Assembly: GCA_033762915.1 (NCBI GenBank)
Contig: JANRLD010000027.1
Location: 26,825 to 90,824 of the forward strand
Direction of reading: 5' to 3'
DNA from: Meiothermus sp.
GTDB lineage: Bacteria > Deinococcota > Deinococci > Deinococcales > Thermaceae
DNA length: 64,000 bases
The notes under the pieces are model-generated. The model made no database searches, had not been told where the DNA came from, and saw nothing but the letters and a program-made list of their open reading frames with translations. The position numbers were made by a program, and so were the translations under genes. Shown in pieces: positions 21,476 through 31,504 of the stretch. Position 1 is the stretch's first letter; every line of letters begins with the position of its first letter.

Positions 21476-22342
21476 TCACTTCTCCCGGACAAAGTACTGG
21501 GTATGGTTCGCCAGCGTCTCGAAGGTCTCGAGGTCGTTCAGAGTTCGCTCAGGCTGCTGCTGGGCAGCGGCGTCGACCAGGAGGCTTGCCAGCGCGAGCG
21601 TGGAGACCGGAAAGACGGTGGTCCGGCTGTTGGTGACGGGGGCCAGCAGCACCTCCCCGGCCAGGCCGGTCAGGGGGTGGCTGGCCTTGTTGATTACCAG
21701 GCCGGCGGGCACTTCCCTGAAGCGCATCAGCTCTAGCAGGGTCTGGGTCTCGCGCGGGTAGCGGGGGATGGCGAACATCAGCAGGTAGTCGGGCCGGCCG
21801 AAGTGCACCAACTGAACGAGGTTGGGGGCCTCGAGGCTGGTAATGGTCTGGACGTTTGGGCGCAGTCGCGAGAGGTACAGCCCGGCGTGTAGCGCAGCAG
21901 GTGCGGCGGCCCCGAATCCCGCGATCAGCACACTGCGGGCTCCGCTGAGCCGCTGTGCGCAACGCCCAAAGGCAGCGCTCCGCACCACCTGGTTCAGACC
22001 GCGCAGGTGGTGGGCTTCGCGCTCGAGCAAGGCCGATGTGTCGGCATGCGCCCCCTCGAAGCGGCGCACCGGGGGAGCCTCCTCGAGGCGGCTCAGCAGG
22101 CCCTGGCTGAGGGTGCGCTGGAACTCGGCGTAGCTCTTGTGGCCCAGTGCGTTCACGAAGCGGGTGACCGAAGCCTGGGAGCTGCCTGCCGCCTGGGCGA
22201 GTTGGGTGCTAGACATAAAGACCCCGACTGCATAGTTATCCATTAGGTAGGCCCCCACCCTCCGCTGGGCCTCAGGGAGCTGGGGGAGCTGCTGGCGGAT
22301 GCGCTCGAGGGTGGGCTCTCCCGTGGACGTGGGCATTGACAT
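21476..22342 (-). CDS. MurR/RpiR-family transcriptional regulator
   Basis: N-terminal HTH (SQASVTRFVNALG) plus SIS-like domain; divergent from an ABC operon. Confidence 0.87.
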   Translation of the reverse strand: MSMPTSTGEPTLERIRQQLPQLPEAQRRVGAYLMDNYAVGVFMSSTQLAQAAGSSQASVTRFVNALGHKSYAEFQRTLSQGLLSRLEEAPPVRRFEGAHADTSALLEREAHHLRGLNQVVRSAAFGRCAQRLSGARSVLIAGFGAAAPAALHAGLYLSRLRPNVQTITSLEAPNLVQLVHFGRPDYLLMFAIPRYPRETQTLLELMRFREVPAGLVINKASHPLTGLAGEVLLAPVTNSRTTVFPVSTLALASLLVDAAAQQQPERTLNDLETFETLANHTQYFVREK

Positions 22343-22355
22343 CCAGATACTCCTT

Positions 22356-22402
22356 TGAAAGAATCTATTCACGCTTCGACTGCTCTGAATCATATCATTC
22401 AG
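22356..22402. promoter_or_regulatory. twin TGAA-N8-TTCA candidate operator
   Basis: TGAAAGAATCTATTCA (22356-22371) and CTGAATCATATCATTCAG (22385-22402), 30 bp apart, between divergent genes. Confidence 0.5.
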
Positions 22403-22515
22403 CGCTGCCCCTCACCAAGAGCCTGTCCGAGCCGGAGAAACCACCGTTTTTTGCGGCGGCACACCCGTTCTCTAGCCCGTAAATCTCCTCTACGCTGGAT
22501 GCTGTATAAAGATGT

Positions 22516-23466
22516 ATGAGCTACCTCGCCCGACGCTTCGCCCTATTCCTCCTGGTGCTGTGGGGGGTCTCGGTCACGGTCTTCGCCGCCTTGCAACTGG
22601 CGCCGGGCAACCCCGCACAGCTCCTTCTGGGCCCACAGGCCACCCCCGAGACCCTCGAGCGCGTGACCCGCGAGCTGGGTCTGGATCGGCCGGTGCTGGT
22701 GCAGTACTGGCGCTGGCTGAGCAGCGCCCTCCAGGGCGACCTGGGCACTTCAATAACGCTGCGCGAGCCGGTGAACAAGCTGGTCTTCGAGCGGCTGGCC
22801 AACTCGATGATCCTGGCGATTCCGGCCTTTTTTCTGGCCACCTTTTTGGGCCTGAGTCTGGGCATTCTCAGCGTGATATTCCGGCGCGGCTGGCTGGACC
22901 ACACCGCCAACACCCTGATGTTTGTGGGGCTGGCGATACCCGTTTTCTGGCTGGGCTTGGTGCTGATCATCGTCTTCGGGCTGCGCCTGGGCTGGCTTCC
23001 AGTGAGCGGAATGTACCCGCCGGGCGGCGAGCGCAGCTTCGAGGAGATTGCCCGCCACCTGGTGCTGCCCGCCGTGACGCTAGCCGTCGCGCCCGCTGCG
23101 GTGATCGCCCAGATCGCCCGCTCGGCCCTGCTCGACGAGGTGACCCGCGACTACGTCCGCACCGCCGTCTCCAAGGGCCTATCGCAGCGCAGCGCCACGG
23201 TTCACCACGCCCTGCGTAACACTTGGATACCGGTGGTTACCGCGCTGGGCCTCGAGATCAATTACGTGATCGGGGGGGCAGTGCTGGTGGAGAACGTCTT
23301 CAACTGGCCGGGCATCGGGCAGTTGTTGGTGCAGGCCGCCCTCAACCGCGACTACCCGGTGGTGCTCGGCGCGAGTCTGGTACTGGCCGCGATTTTCGTG
23401 GCAGTGAACTTCCTGGTCGAGGCGGTTTACGTGCTGATTGACCCGCGGGTGAAGGGGCAGGCATGA
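22516..23466 (+). CDS. peptide/nickel ABC permease (DppB/OppB-like)
   Basis: LGLDRP, GDLGTS, DYVRTAVSKGL, HALRN, VENVFNWPGIG. Confidence 0.92.
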   Translation: MSYLARRFALFLLVLWGVSVTVFAALQLAPGNPAQLLLGPQATPETLERVTRELGLDRPVLVQYWRWLSSALQGDLGTSITLREPVNKLVFERLANSMILAIPAFFLATFLGLSLGILSVIFRRGWLDHTANTLMFVGLAIPVFWLGLVLIIVFGLRLGWLPVSGMYPPGGERSFEEIARHLVLPAVTLAVAPAAVIAQIARSALLDEVTRDYVRTAVSKGLSQRSATVHHALRNTWIPVVTALGLEINYVIGGAVLVENVFNWPGIGQLLVQAALNRDYPVVLGASLVLAAIFVAVNFLVEAVYVLIDPRVKGQA

Positions 23467-24332
23467 GCGTCCGAAGCGTGGACGCAGGCGCTAAGGCGGA
23501 GGGCTCGAGCCCCCGCGCACGACGCGCGTGGCTCAACACCTACATGGTGGTGGGTGGGCTGATGGTGCTGCTGCTGGTTGCCCTCACCGTGCTGGCCCCG
23601 CTGCTGGCCCCCAAGGACCCCAACGCCATCAACCCCATCAATGCCCTTAAGCCCTTCGGCTTTGAGGGCCACGTGCTGGGCACCGACAACCTGGGCCGCG
23701 ACCTCTTCAGCCGAATGCTCTATGGCGGCCTGATCACGCTCCTGAGTGGCGCGGTGGCGGCCTTCCTCTCGGTGGGGCTGGGGGTGCTCTTGGGTGTCCT
23801 GGGGGCCTACTTCGGCGGCTGGACGGATCTGTTAATCGCCCGCCTGCTGGACATCCTGATGGGCTTTCCCTTCATCCTCCTGGCGATCCTGTTTGTCGCG
23901 GCGGCAGGACCCTCCACCCTCACCGCGCTGGTCGCGGTCGCCATCGCCAACGTGCCCTTCTCGGCGCGGTTGGTGCGCTCGGAGGCGCTGCGGGTGAGGG
24001 AACAGGAGTACATCACTGCGGCCTCGGCCCTGGGCGCGAGCCACGGGCGCGTGATGCTGCGCCACCTGCTCCCCAACGTGGCCTCGATCATCATCCCGAC
24101 ACTCTTCATGACCATGGGTTGGATGATCGGCCAGACCTCCGCGCTCTCCTTCCTGGGTCTCGGCACCCAGCCCCCCACCGCAGACTGGGGCTCGATGCTG
24201 GCCGAGTCGCAGAACTACATGACCTCCCTGCCCGAGGTGGCGATGCTGCCCGGCCTAGCCATCGTGTTCGCGGTGCTGGGGCTGAACCTGTTCGGGGTGG
24301 GCCTCAGGGCAATGCTGCTTAGGGAGCGGTAG
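23463..24332 (+). CDS. peptide/nickel ABC permease (DppC/OppC-like)
   Basis: LGTDNLGRD, RHLLPN, LSFLGLG, DWGSML; ATGA overlap with the previous gene. Confidence 0.92.
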   Translation: MSVRSVDAGAKAEGSSPRARRAWLNTYMVVGGLMVLLLVALTVLAPLLAPKDPNAINPINALKPFGFEGHVLGTDNLGRDLFSRMLYGGLITLLSGAVAAFLSVGLGVLLGVLGAYFGGWTDLLIARLLDILMGFPFILLAILFVAAAGPSTLTALVAVAIANVPFSARLVRSEALRVREQEYITAASALGASHGRVMLRHLLPNVASIIIPTLFMTMGWMIGQTSALSFLGLGTQPPTADWGSMLAESQNYMTSLPEVAMLPGLAIVFAVLGLNLFGVGLRAMLLRER

Positions 24333-24607
24333 GAGGTTGAAGGCGGAAGGCAAGTGCTCGGGAGTTGAGGAGGTGCGAGGATCAGGTTTTGACCCTTTCC
24401 GTGAACTCTGGTCACTTCAGAGGCTGAATCGCCTCGCCCCAGCCGCTCTTGTAGGGGGTGTTTGGCCGGAAAACGATCCCAGGTTTGGGGACAGGGGTTT
24501 GAAATGAGGGTCGGCGTTTGTGTGGGCCTCGAGGGCCGCCAGGCGCTTTAGCCAAACCAACACTTCGTAGCTCGAACGTCGGCAACACAAGGGAGGCAGG
24601 GGGTGCG

Positions 24608-25315
24608 ATGAAGCTAAACACGTTCTCGATCACGGCGCGGTGCGAACGCACGGGGCAGCTGGGGGTGGCGGTCTCGACGGCGGTGGTGGGGGTGGGGTCG
24701 CTGTGCCCGTTTGTGCAGAGCGGGGTGGGGGCGGTTGCGACGCAGTCGTTCGTCAACCCCTACCTGGGCATCTGGGGCCTGGAGTATCTCGCCCAGGGCC
24801 ACAGCGCCCAGGAGACCCTCGAGCTGCTCAAGACCCGCGACCCCGGCCTGCCGATGCGGCAGTTCGCGGTCGTGGACACTAAGGGCGGCTCGGCGGCCTT
24901 CTCTGGCAAGGGCTGTGACGGTTGGTACGGCCACCTCACCGGCCCCAACTACGCGGTTGCGGGCAACATGCTGGTAGGGTCTGCGACCCTCGAGGCCATG
25001 CAGCAGAGCTTTGTCTCTACCGCCGACCTCTCCCTCGCCGAGCGGCTGCTGCGGGCCCTCGACGCGGGCCAGAAGGCCGGCGGCGACAAGCGCGGCAAGC
25101 AGTCGGCGGCCCTCAAGGTCTACTCTACCGAGCAGTACCCGCTGCTCGAGCTGCGCGTCGACGAGCACCCCGACCCCGTAACCGAGCTCTTGCGCGTCTA
25201 CGGCGTCGCCGAGCAAAACCTGATCCCCTTGCTGGGCATGCTCCCCACCCTTGCCAACCCGGCCGGGGCCTTCGACCTCGAGGACGCCAGACGGAGGGGG
25301 CTGTTGCAGGACTGA
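24608..25315 (+). CDS. DUF1028 domain protein
   Basis: TFSITAR, GAVATQ, VAGNML, GGDKRGKQSAAL, LRVDEHPDPV. Confidence 0.88.
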   Translation: MKLNTFSITARCERTGQLGVAVSTAVVGVGSLCPFVQSGVGAVATQSFVNPYLGIWGLEYLAQGHSAQETLELLKTRDPGLPMRQFAVVDTKGGSAAFSGKGCDGWYGHLTGPNYAVAGNMLVGSATLEAMQQSFVSTADLSLAERLLRALDAGQKAGGDKRGKQSAALKVYSTEQYPLLELRVDEHPDPVTELLRVYGVAEQNLIPLLGMLPTLANPAGAFDLEDARRRGLLQD

Positions 25316-25484
25316 AGTGGGCCGTATGCCGCGAGCCCAGGCTTACGGCTAAGGACAGAGGGCGGAGGGCGGTTTTTCTGTTGGGCAAACGAGTCCGAAG
25401 GTTGTCCGCTCTGCGGCTTTCGAGCGTCGGTTGAACTCAGTTTTTCGCCACACACGTGCGTCTGAGGCAAAGAGGAGGCAAGGA

Positions 25485-27032
25485 ATGAAGAAACTGTTGT
25501 TGGCTCTGGTTTTAGCTCTGCTGGCGGCCCCCGCGCTTGCGCAGGGGCGGCTGGTGGTCGGTTACGAGGCCGACGCGACCTCGCTCGACCCCGGGCAGGT
25601 GACGGACATCAACTCGATGCACGTCCTGACCCAGATGTACGAGACGCTGGTCACGCTTGGCCCCAACGGCACCATCCGGCCCGGCCTGGCCACCCGCTGG
25701 ACCATCTCGCCCGACGGCCTGACCTACACCTTCACCCTGCGCACCAACGCCCGTTTCTCCAACGGCGACCCGGTGAACGCCCAGGCCGTCGAGTTTAGCT
25801 TCATGCGCCAGCTCGACGAGAAACACCCCGGAGCCCAGTTCGGGCCTTTCCCCTTCGGTGGCTTTTTTTACGGTTCGGTGGAGAGCGTGCGCGCCACCAA
25901 CCCCACCACCGTCACCTTCCGACTCAAGTCGCCCAACTACGCCCTGCTCAACGCCCTCACGGTGATGACCGGCGCAGTCGTCAATCCCAAAGTCGCTGCC
26001 GCCGAGGGCAAGAACTTCGCCCTCAAGGGCGGTGGCAGCGGGCCGTACATGCTCGAGCGCTGGACCCGCGGGGGCCAACTCATCCTCCAGCGCAACCCGC
26101 GCTTCGCGGGCACTGCGGGGCGGGTGGCGCAGATTGTCTTCGTCCCCCTCGTTCAGCCGGCCCAGCGCACGGTGGCCCTGCAGAGCGGTACCGTTGACCT
26201 GGTCATCAACCCGCCGCCCGAGAACCTGGCCGCGCTGCGCAGTGCCAACTTCACCATCGCCGACGCACCTGGCCCGCACGTCTGGTGGGTGGGGATGAAC
26301 CTTTCCAAGCCGCCCTTTGACAACAAGCTGGTGCGCCAGGCCCTCAACTACGCCATCGACCGCAACGCCATCACCAACGGTATCCTCTTCGGCACCGGCG
26401 TCCCCTCCAACCAGCCGCTGGCCCCCGGCACCCTGGGCCACAGCCCCAACGCCACCAACTACACCTACAACCCCCAGAAGGCCAAGGAATTGCTGGCTCA
26501 GGCGGGTTTCCCCAACGGCTTCAGCGCGACCTTCCTGGTGCCCACCTCGGGGTCGGGGATGCAGAGCCCGGTGGCGATGGGTACCGCCTTGCAGGCCTAT
26601 TGGCAGGCCATCGGAGTGCGCGTGAACATCCAGCAGCTCGACTGGGGCACCTTCTTGGGCCGCATCGCGCAGGGGGCCAACGAGGGCAACCTCGAGATGT
26701 GGCAGCTCTCCTGGATGAACTCCTCACTCGACCCCTCTCTGGTGATGGGGCCGCTGCTGGCCTCCTCGTCTTTCCCCCCCGGCTTTAACACCGGCTTTTA
26801 CAAGAACGAAGAGGCCGACAAGCTGATCGCCCAGGGCCTCACCGAGCGCGACACCGCCAAGCGCCGCGACATCTACCAGCGGGCCTCCAACATCATCAGC
26901 GACGACGCGGCCTGGGTCTTCGTGGACCACGCAAAGCAGGTGGTGGCCTACAACCCGCGTAAGATCAGCAGCTTCGCCCTCGACCCCATCTTCCCCTTCC
27001 TGCTGAAGCTCTGGAACACCACGGTCAGGTAA
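25485..27032 (+). CDS. family-5 ABC substrate-binding protein
   Basis: signal peptide, SLDP, YETLV, WTISPDGLTYTFTLR, VRQALNYAIDR; GGAGG SD. Confidence 0.92.
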   Translation: MKKLLLALVLALLAAPALAQGRLVVGYEADATSLDPGQVTDINSMHVLTQMYETLVTLGPNGTIRPGLATRWTISPDGLTYTFTLRTNARFSNGDPVNAQAVEFSFMRQLDEKHPGAQFGPFPFGGFFYGSVESVRATNPTTVTFRLKSPNYALLNALTVMTGAVVNPKVAAAEGKNFALKGGGSGPYMLERWTRGGQLILQRNPRFAGTAGRVAQIVFVPLVQPAQRTVALQSGTVDLVINPPPENLAALRSANFTIADAPGPHVWWVGMNLSKPPFDNKLVRQALNYAIDRNAITNGILFGTGVPSNQPLAPGTLGHSPNATNYTYNPQKAKELLAQAGFPNGFSATFLVPTSGSGMQSPVAMGTALQAYWQAIGVRVNIQQLDWGTFLGRIAQGANEGNLEMWQLSWMNSSLDPSLVMGPLLASSSFPPGFNTGFYKNEEADKLIAQGLTERDTAKRRDIYQRASNIISDDAAWVFVDHAKQVVAYNPRKISSFALDPIFPFLLKLWNTTVR

Positions 27033-27049
27033 GGTCCGTAGACCTCGCG

Positions 27050-27088
27050 CCCTCCCTCGAGCGCTCTGCGCCGGGGGAGGGATTTTTC
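27050..27088 (+). terminator. intrinsic terminator after the substrate-binding gene
   Basis: CCCTCCCTCG...CGGGGGAGGG stem followed by ATTTTTC. Confidence 0.6.
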
Positions 27089-27112
27089 TGTCCCCTGACC
27101 GGAGACCACAAA

Positions 27113-27275
27113 CCGGATTTCAACCCATGCTCTGCGAAAACTTAAGGTTCGGAATGCTCGGTGCGCAGATGTTTTCCGTAAGGGAACATTTCGGTGCTCC
27201 GTCCTTTGCCGCAAACGGCAATCAAGGCTAGAGTTCCCTCCCATGTTTTCGGGGTGCGGTGCAACGGGAATCAAT
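27113..27275 (+). repeat. repeat family C copy 2, interrupted by a family-B fragment (~27152-27222)
   Basis: 5' CCGGATTTCAACCCATGCTCTGCGAAAA and 3' GTTTTCGGGGTGCGGTGCAACGGGAATCAAT halves separated by extra sequence. Confidence 0.6.
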
Positions 27276-27345
27276 CTGCCAGGAGCCGTAGGGTTTCTCG
27301 CTGTCCTGGAGCCAGACCACGGCCCGATCGGCTAGACTGGGGACA

Positions 27346-27930
27346 GTGAAAGCCAGACTCTTCCTCACCTTCCAGCAAATCGGCGCCGACCTCTTTGCCG
27401 GCAGCCTGGCCTCGGCGACCTCGGGCAACTACTCGGCCCGCACCAAGGACGGTCTCTATATCACCCGCTCAGGCGCCCAGAAGGCCCGCCTGGCGCCGGA
27501 GGACGTGCTGCTGCTGCCCTTAGAGCCCAACCCCGAGAAGGACGCTGCGGCCTCGGTCGAGCGCATCATCCATCGCGCCGTCTACCGCCAGACCGACGCC
27601 ACCGCGGTGGTGCACGCCCACCCCCGCCACGCTATCGCGCTGTCGTTCCACCTCGAGCAGATTGTCCCAATCGACCTCGAGGGCCTGTACTACTTTCCCT
27701 ACATCCCGGTGTTGGCCCCCAAGACCGTCTCCGCCACCGAGGAGGCCGCCAACGCCGTCGCGGAAGCCCTGAAGAACCATCCCGCCTGCGTGGTGCGTGG
27801 CCACGGGGCCTTCATCAAGGGTACCGAGAAAAGCCCCGAGGACGCGCTGCTCAAGGCCTATTCGCTAATGACCAGCCTCGAGGAGGCTTGCGAAGTACTG
27901 TGGCTCGAGCGGGTCTGGAGCCGAACCTAG
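27346..27930 (+). CDS. class II aldolase (fuculose-1-phosphate aldolase-like)
   Basis: TSGNYS, ASVE..IH, VVHAHP, RGHG. Confidence 0.87.
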   Translation: MKARLFLTFQQIGADLFAGSLASATSGNYSARTKDGLYITRSGAQKARLAPEDVLLLPLEPNPEKDAAASVERIIHRAVYRQTDATAVVHAHPRHAIALSFHLEQIVPIDLEGLYYFPYIPVLAPKTVSATEEAANAVAEALKNHPACVVRGHGAFIKGTEKSPEDALLKAYSLMTSLEEACEVLWLERVWSRT

Positions 27931-28046
27931 AGCCATAGTGCCTCCCCGAAGTGGGCGTCTCGAGGAGGCCTGCGAAGTGATGTGGCTCGAGCGGGTCTGG
28001 AGCCGGAAGTAAATCGGTAAAGCCTCCCCGAAGTAGGCGTCTCGAG
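27877..28046 (+). repeat. 82-bp tandem duplication of the aldolase 3' end
   Basis: units begin with CTCGAG at 27877 and 27959; a third CTCGAG at 28041 closes the second unit. Confidence 0.9.
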
Positions 28047-28256
28047 GTGGTCTTAAGCTACTCAGGACGCGGGTTTGCTGAGTAAACGGGGCTGGCTGAG
28101 ACCCTCGAACCCGACCCGCTGTTTGTTGGTAGTTTTTAGCCTCGCCCGATGGCCCGCCTGCCTAACTGGAACTGCTGACCTTTTGCCGCAGTGTGGGCAG
28201 AGCAATGCCACTGGTTCTGATGTACAACGCACGAGACACGACTTATCCCAAACGCC

Positions 28257-30137
28257 TCACTCCTCGAGCGTGCTCAAGTCCCCCGCGTCCTTGCCCATCT
28301 CCTGGGCCCGCAGCAATCGGCGCAGGATCTTGCCGCTTCGGGTCTTGGGCAGCTTGTCCAGCAGCACCAGCTCGCCGGGGGTGGCGATGGGGCCGAGCTC
28401 GTGGCGGACGTGGGCCACGATAGAGCCCTTGAGGGCCTCGGACTTCTCCTGCCCGGCCCGCAGTACCACAAAGGCCTTGATGTTCTCGCCCTTGATGGGG
28501 TCGGGCACCCCGATCACGGCGGCCTCGGCCACGGCAGGATGGGAGACCAAGGCGCTCTCGACGTCGGCGGTGCCGATGCGGTGTCCGGCCACGTTAAGCA
28601 CGTCGTCGGCGCGGCCCAGAACCGTGAAGTAGCCGTCCGGGCTGCGGCTGGCCACGTCGCCGGCGGCGTAGAGCTGGCCAGGGATCTCGGTCCAGTACTG
28701 GGTGTAGCGGGCGTGGTTGCCCCAGACGGTTCGCATCATGTGGGGGAAGGGGCGGCGCAGCGCCAGCAGGCCCCCCGAGCCGGAGGGCACCTCGTGGCCC
28801 TCGGCGTCCACCACCAGCGCCTCCACGCCGGGGAGGGCCGGGCCGACCTGGCCGGGTCTGGCGTCGAGGGTCAGCGGGGTGCCCAGGGTGGGGCCGCCCA
28901 ACTCGGTCTGCCACCAGTTGTCGGTCACGAAGCCGCGCCGCCCGCCGTCCATCAGGTGCTCCACCGCCCAGTTCCAGGCCTCGGGGTTGAGGGGCTCGCC
29001 CGCCACCCCGATGAAGCGTAGGCTCGAGAGGTCGGCCTTGGCGGGGTGCTCGGGACCGAACTTCATGAACATCCGCACCGCCGTGGGGGCGGTGAACATC
29101 ACGTTAACCCGGTGCTTTTCGACCAGCCGCCACAGCACGCCGGGGTCGGGGTAGTCCGGAGCGCCCTCGCGCAGCACGCTGGTCAGGCCCTCGAGCAGCG
29201 GCGCGTAGACGATATAGTTGTGACCCACGATCCAGCCGATGTCCGAGGTAGCCCAGAACACGTCGCCATCCTTGGTGTCGAAGAAGCTGCGCAGGTGGTA
29301 GGCGCTGCCCACCATCAGCCCGCCGTGCACGTGCACCACCCCCTTGGGCTTGCCAGTGGAACCGGAGGTATAGAGGATGTAGAGCGGGTGCTCGGCGTCC
29401 ACTGGCACCGCCTCGGCCTCGGGCGGGGAGTCCCACTGAAGGCGCTGGAAGTCGTGGTAATGGGGGAGGCTCGTGTGGGGGTTGTGGCGCTTGAACCAGA
29501 CCACCGGCAGCTCGAGGCCCTCTAGTGCCCCGGTTACGATGCTTTCCAGGTCAACTGCCTTGCCCCTCCGGTAGCTCACATCCCCCGCGATCACCAACTT
29601 GGCCCCCGCATCCAAGATACGCTCGCGCAACGCCGTTACCCCCAGCCCCGCGTATACCACCGAGTGAACGGCCCCCAGCCGGGCGCAGGCCAGCATGGCG
29701 ACACAGCCCTCGAGGGTCAGGGGCATGTAGATCACCACGCGGTCGCCCAGCCCGACCCCCAGGCTGCGCAGCCCGGTGGCGAACCTCGAGACCCGCTCTA
29801 GCAGCTCGGCGTAGGTCAGCTTCTGCTCGGCCCCGTCTTCGCCGATAAATACCAGCGCGGCCTGGTCACCCCGGCCCGCCAACACGTGCCGGTCGAGGGC
29901 GTTGTAGCAGAGGTTGGTGGTGCCGCCCAGGAACCACTTGTGGTCGGGAAAGTTCCACTCGAGCACCCGGTCGAAGGGGGTGAACCAGTGGAACCGGCCC
30001 GCCTCTCGGCCCCAGAAAGCCTCGGCGTCGAGGCTGAAGGCATACTCGGCCGCGAAGTCGGTCAGGTTGGCGGAGCGGCGCTGGGCTTCGGGCGCATGGT
30101 GGCGCTGGTCGGACTTGAGGAGTTGCTCGAGTTCCAT
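28257..30137 (-). CDS. acs: acetate--CoA ligase
   Basis: YTSGSTGKPKG, AGEPLNP, DNWWQTE, PKTRSGKILRR. Confidence 0.92.
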   Translation of the reverse strand: MELEQLLKSDQRHHAPEAQRRSANLTDFAAEYAFSLDAEAFWGREAGRFHWFTPFDRVLEWNFPDHKWFLGGTTNLCYNALDRHVLAGRGDQAALVFIGEDGAEQKLTYAELLERVSRFATGLRSLGVGLGDRVVIYMPLTLEGCVAMLACARLGAVHSVVYAGLGVTALRERILDAGAKLVIAGDVSYRRGKAVDLESIVTGALEGLELPVVWFKRHNPHTSLPHYHDFQRLQWDSPPEAEAVPVDAEHPLYILYTSGSTGKPKGVVHVHGGLMVGSAYHLRSFFDTKDGDVFWATSDIGWIVGHNYIVYAPLLEGLTSVLREGAPDYPDPGVLWRLVEKHRVNVMFTAPTAVRMFMKFGPEHPAKADLSSLRFIGVAGEPLNPEAWNWAVEHLMDGGRRGFVTDNWWQTELGGPTLGTPLTLDARPGQVGPALPGVEALVVDAEGHEVPSGSGGLLALRRPFPHMMRTVWGNHARYTQYWTEIPGQLYAAGDVASRSPDGYFTVLGRADDVLNVAGHRIGTADVESALVSHPAVAEAAVIGVPDPIKGENIKAFVVLRAGQEKSEALKGSIVAHVRHELGPIATPGELVLLDKLPKTRSGKILRRLLRAQEMGKDAGDLSTLEE

Positions 30138-30382
30138 AGGTCACCCTTGTGTACTTCCTGCCTAGGCTATTGCGTCGGCTCGTCTCGAGTCCAGTCCCCA
30201 TATGTCCCGGGCGCCGCTTTTCGGGTGGGGAGGTTGTTTTCACGCCAGTAGTGCGACCAAGTCTGGAGCCTTCAGCCCTAGCGGTTCGCGCGGGTTGGCT
30301 TCGGGGCTGAGCCAAACCTGCTGGGCTGGGGGGTGGACTTCTGGCCGAAATGGGTAATTATGGCCGGGTGGGAGAGGCCGGT

Positions 30383-31504
30383 ATGCCCAGAGTCACCCAG
30401 ACCAATATCCCGCAGGGCGTGATAGACCTCGGTGTTGGGCATCCGGGCCTCGAGCTGCTGCCCCTCGACGAGCTGCGCCAAGCCGCCCTACGCCGCCTCG
30501 AGCAGCCCGACCGAGAGTACCTGCAGTACGGCGCCGAGATGGGCGACGGGTTCTTCTTGTTGGAGCTGGCGCAGTTCCTGAGCCGACACTACGGCTCTGC
30601 GGTGGAGCCCGAGCAATTGCTCGCCACTGGCGGCATCTCGCAGGCCATAGACCTCGCCTGCACGGCCTTTACCAGGCCCGGCGACACCATCCTGGTCGAA
30701 GAGCCCACCTACTTCCTGGTGCTGCAAATCTTTCGCGACCACGGCCTTAACGTTGTGGGCATCCCGACCGATGCGGGTGGGCTGAGCCTCGAGGCCCTCG
30801 AGCAAGCGCTCCAGACCCACCGGCCACGGCTGATCTACACCATCCCCACCTTTCAGAACCCAACCGGAGCGACCCAGGGACTTAATCGCCGGAAAAGACT
30901 GGTCGAACTCAGCCAGGAACACGGCTTCCTGATCCTGGCCGATGAGGTCTATCAGCTGCTCCACTACGGCGGGGCACCGCCCCCGCCGCTGGCGAACTGG
31001 GCCGACGGCGGCACGGTGGTCAGCCTGGGTTCGTTCTCTAAGATTCTGGCCCCGGGGCTGCGGCTGGGCTGGGTGCAGGCTGCGCCACGGCACCTTCGGC
31101 GCTTGGCCGAGGTCGGGGTGATCGCCAGCGGCGGCGGGCTCAACCCCTTCACCTCAGCGGTCGTGCGCAGCGCCCTCGAGCTCGGTCTGCAAGAGGTCCA
31201 CCTGACAAAACTGCGCGACGAGTACCGTGCCCGCTCGAGCGCGATGGCAGAGGCCCTCCAGCGCCACCTTCCCGGCCTGGACTTCCACACACCGGGCGGG
31301 GGGTACTTCATCTGGCTCGAGGTGCCCGCCGACACCTCGGAGCTGCTGCCCAAGGCGATGGCGGCGGGGGTTCGCTTCCAGCCAGGGGTCAAGTTCTCGA
31401 GCGTTGGCGGCCTGCGCAATGCCCTGCGGCTGTGTTTCGCTTACTACCCCCCGGAGCAGTTGCGGGAGGGCGTGCAGCGACTCGCACACGTCCTCGAGCG
31501 GTGA
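30383..31504 (+). CDS. PLP-dependent class I/II aminotransferase
   Basis: FQNPTG, ADEVY, GSFSKILAPGLRLGW. Confidence 0.9.
   Translation: MPRVTQTNIPQGVIDLGVGHPGLELLPLDELRQAALRRLEQPDREYLQYGAEMGDGFFLLELAQFLSRHYGSAVEPEQLLATGGISQAIDLACTAFTRPGDTILVEEPTYFLVLQIFRDHGLNVVGIPTDAGGLSLEALEQALQTHRPRLIYTIPTFQNPTGATQGLNRRKRLVELSQEHGFLILADEVYQLLHYGGAPPPPLANWADGGTVVSLGSFSKILAPGLRLGWVQAAPRHLRRLAEVGVIASGGGLNPFTSAVVRSALELGLQEVHLTKLRDEYRARSSAMAEALQRHLPGLDFHTPGGGYFIWLEVPADTSELLPKAMAAGVRFQPGVKFSSVGGLRNALRLCFAYYPPEQLREGVQRLAHVLER

Noticed and set aside
27877..28046. Tandem repeat as a CRISPR array or DGR template/variable pair
   Set aside because: Only two units, no unique spacers, differences not confined to adenines, and no cas or reverse transcriptase gene in the window
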